Position numbers and translations under genes: made by a program
The notes under the pieces: model-generated
Seen by the model: only the letters and a program-made list of their open reading frames with translations
What the model was told of the DNA's origin: nothing
Databases searched by the model: none
Assembly: GCF_006345805.1 (NCBI RefSeq)
Contig: NW_021827708.1
Location: 1 to 9,976 of the forward strand
DNA: 9,976 nt
Direction of reading: 5' to 3'
DNA from: Octopus sinensis
Taxonomy: Eukaryota
Shown here: one piece after another, positions 7,412 to 9,976 of the stretch
Layout of the letters: the number at the start of each line of letters is the position of its first letter
Position numbering within the stretch: position 1 is the stretch's first letter

Positions 7412-7639
7412 ATAATAATATATATGTATATATGTGTGTTTGTGTGTGTGTGTGTGTGTGGTGTGTGTGTGTTGTACATATATATGTGTATTATGTATGA
7501 ATATATAGATATGTATCAATACATATGCATTTATGTATATACCTATGTCTGTCTATCTACCTCCACCCTCCATCTGCCTACCCCTCCACCCTCCCCCTCT
7601 CTCTATCTACATGAATGTATGTATGCATAAATAGAGAAT

Positions 7640-7925
7640 GAGACAGACGGAGTGCTGACGGACAGGTGGACGAATGAAGCGAGAGGCACACAGACAGACA
7701 AATAGACAGGGAGAACAGTAGACAGAGTTACAGACAAACAAACAGGTGGATAGATATAGATCGATAGGTAGGTAGATAGGTAGGTAGATAGGTATATAGG
7801 TAGGTAAATAGGTAGATAGGAGATAGATAGATAGATAAATACATACATATATACACGCATACACACATCTACATACATACATATATACATGCACACACAC
7901 ACCTACATACATACATACATTCATA
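7640..7925. repeat. Degenerate tetranucleotide tract drifting GACA to GATA/GGTA to CATA
   Basis: Read directly; it explains ORFs 7603..7902 and 7607..7936. Confidence 0.85.
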
Positions 7926-8519
7926 CTTATTTGCATATTGGAGTTGATCAGTTAAAGTGCTTGAGCTTATTATACAAGTCTGAAAAGAAATTGTATTGCA
8001 TTCGATTTAATAATTATGTAATTAAAGTTATATTCATCACATCTAATACTTTCTATAACCTGGAAATCTCTCCATGTAAACATGCATCTCATGCCATTGA
8101 AACTGCGTCTCCAAGACTGATACTCTTTTTTTCATGGACAATCACCTGTTCCCCTCATCATCTGTTAATGGCCACAGTAAAGCTAATTTCAGTCTATGAA
8201 ATGTGCATGAGCTCCAGTTTTGTTACAATACTACTCCGGTTGAAACAAGGTATCCTTCACAGGGTGGATCCTTGATTGACGTAACGACACTCAGGGGAAG
8301 TTTTAGTCTCTGAATCAGATACATGCTGTGCCCTTAACTCAGCCATTTATGTGTTCCTTGTTACGGCCCTTTCTTCCACGGAACTAACGCGCGATAGACT
8401 CGTTCCTTCTCTGATCATTATCTACGTTATTTACCTCTCCTTCACCGCCACTCCTGGTCCCTTGCAAACATTTCCAGAATATTCTCTTGGAATCCTTTGC
8501 CTGGACTATTTCTTTAGAT

Positions 8520-9059
8520 CAGGGGTTTTCAACCATTTTTTAACCTATGGACCCATATGATTACTATTTTACTCTGTTGGACTCCCATAGCCATTCGATG
8601 TTTAAAACTAAATTTATAGATTCTTATTTTCAAAATTCTTTCAAAATTCTTATTTTCGTTTTCACACATTAGCTTGTGTAGGTTAAAATATGTAAAATGT
8701 TAGAGAAACAAACCAAGCTGTTTCTTGCAATGCATACTAATAATACATACAACTAAAGCAGGGGTTCTCAACCACCCCTTATCTATGGATCCCTTTGATT
8801 ACTATTTTATTCTGGTGGACCCTAAAACTATTTTTATAGACACTTCTTTAAAATTCCTGTTTTATTTTTCATACGTAAAATGTTAGAGAAAAAAACCCCA
8901 GCTATTTTTTGCAATGCATACAATAACCTCTAAAGCGAACTATATTTTTATTTACGCTTAAAGTACTAATGTGGACCCACTTTACTATTTTGCTGTGTGG
9001 ACCCCTCCCCCCCCCCCAAATCTTATATGGACCATATGGACCCCGGTTCACAACCCTTG
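8520..9059 (+). mobile_element. Composite non-autonomous hAT (Charlie/Buster-like) MITE with two left ends and one right end
   Basis: Left TIRs CAGGGGTTTTCAACC (8520) and CAGGGGTTCTCAACC (8759), and right TIR GGTTCACAACCCTTG (9045-9059). The flanking 8-mers CTTTAGAT (8512-8519) and GTTCAGAT (9060-9067) match at 6/8, consistent with a decayed 8-bp nnnTAnnn TSD. Repeated TGGACCC subterminal motifs are present. Confidence 0.85.
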
Positions 9060-9700
9060 GTTCAGATGGAAGTAGTTATGGCTTCAGTATCACTAGTTTC
9101 AATGAACCTAGGAAGACGATGAGGTCTGTTTGCTATTCCAGATCATATCACGACTAAGACCATACCCGGACGCACATATATATACACACGTTTTATTCAC
9201 ATACATTTATATGTACTTATAAGTGTGTATGTGTGTGTGGGGGGGGTATCAATATGTGTGGCGTGTGATACGTATGAATGCAGATAGGGCTAAAGATTAA
9301 GAGGCTCATTCTGTCTACATACACCATACCCGGTTTCGATTCTTTATATCAGCTATTCATTTCACATTTCACTGATAACCCAAATCTGAATTGAACCTTT
9401 TCTGCTATAGTTAGATAGAAATAAGAGTTTGTGTAACCTCTGTCTTTCATTGGCACCGTATACAATAAACATAAACACACTATACACAAGCATTCCCAGT
9501 CATTAAATCACTTTACAAACATACATTCACAGTTTCTACAAACCCAGCATGCACCCACGTATCCATGAATAATTGAACAATGCTTCTATGTATATTACAC
9601 GTAGATATAATCTGTAAATAGAACAATGATAATAAGCTGGTCATATTGGAAGTTGTGTGTGTTTTCACACGTTTGCTGTGATTTAATTCTAATGAAGGTC

Positions 9701-9776
9701 CCTGTGTTTTTATTCTGTCGAGTGCGAAAGAATAAGAGGTAAAGGTGACCTCGCGGTGATTTGAACCTAGAACGTA
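9701..9776 (-). mobile_element. Old SINE fragment (B-box plus central domain)
   Basis: The minus strand reads TACGTTCTAGGTTCAAATCACCGCGAGGTCACCTTTACCTCTTATTCTTTCG, with B-box GTTCAAATC at 9766-9758. It resembles SINE central domains of the GGTCGACTTTGCCTTTCATCCTTTCG type from recall. No A-box is recognisable. Confidence 0.45.
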
Positions 9777-9976
9777 TTACAATAATAATAGTGTAATAAG
9801 TTGATTTCTCTAAATCTGTGAGCATCTGTGTGCTTGTATATAAATAAATGTGTTAACGAATTGTTAATGAGCGACTTCTTTATTTCTTGAAAGGAGTCTA
9901 GAATTTAATATAAAATTGAATATATTATGCTGATGTTTGGATGAAGATGTTTAAGAACATCATCTAGCCTTTATAT

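Noticed and set aside
6-7936. Long ORFs rich in YI, CV, HT or YLSI repeats (e.g. 6..350, 2261..2638, 6682..7011, 6816..7265, 7603..7902)
   Set aside because: They are translations of stop-free dinucleotide and tetranucleotide microsatellites, with no protein-like content.
9159-9333. Direct repeat ACCATACCCGG at 9159-9169 and 9323-9333 as a possible TSD
   Set aside because: The enclosed DNA is mostly simple repeat with no element hallmarks, and one nearby 11-mer match in 10 kb is plausible by chance.
1-9976. CRISPR array or prokaryotic operon/defence system
   Set aside because: There are no regularly spaced repeats with unique spacers and no dense coding, and the content is typical of a eukaryotic repeat-rich genome.

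Overview
This is AT-rich eukaryotic non-coding DNA, about one third microsatellite or low-complexity sequence, with no intact protein-coding gene. The tRNA-headed SINEs and compound TA/CA/TATC/GTN tracts resemble octopus (cephalopod) repeats; that taxon call is from recall, not a search. The window holds a decayed Tc1 (DD34E-type, IR/DR end) element at 927-2178 and a decayed maT/DD37D-like element at ~3968-5103. It also has a short mariner-derived non-autonomous element (5349-5553), a composite hAT/Charlie-like MITE with two left ends (8520-9059), and several SINE copies or fragments. The standout is a type I hammerhead ribozyme on the minus strand (5230-5323) with an intact catalytic core, a GUA cleavage triplet and a palindromic helix III, as seen in Penelope-like elements and retrozymes. 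Most long ORFs in the track are microsatellite artefacts or transposase fragments.
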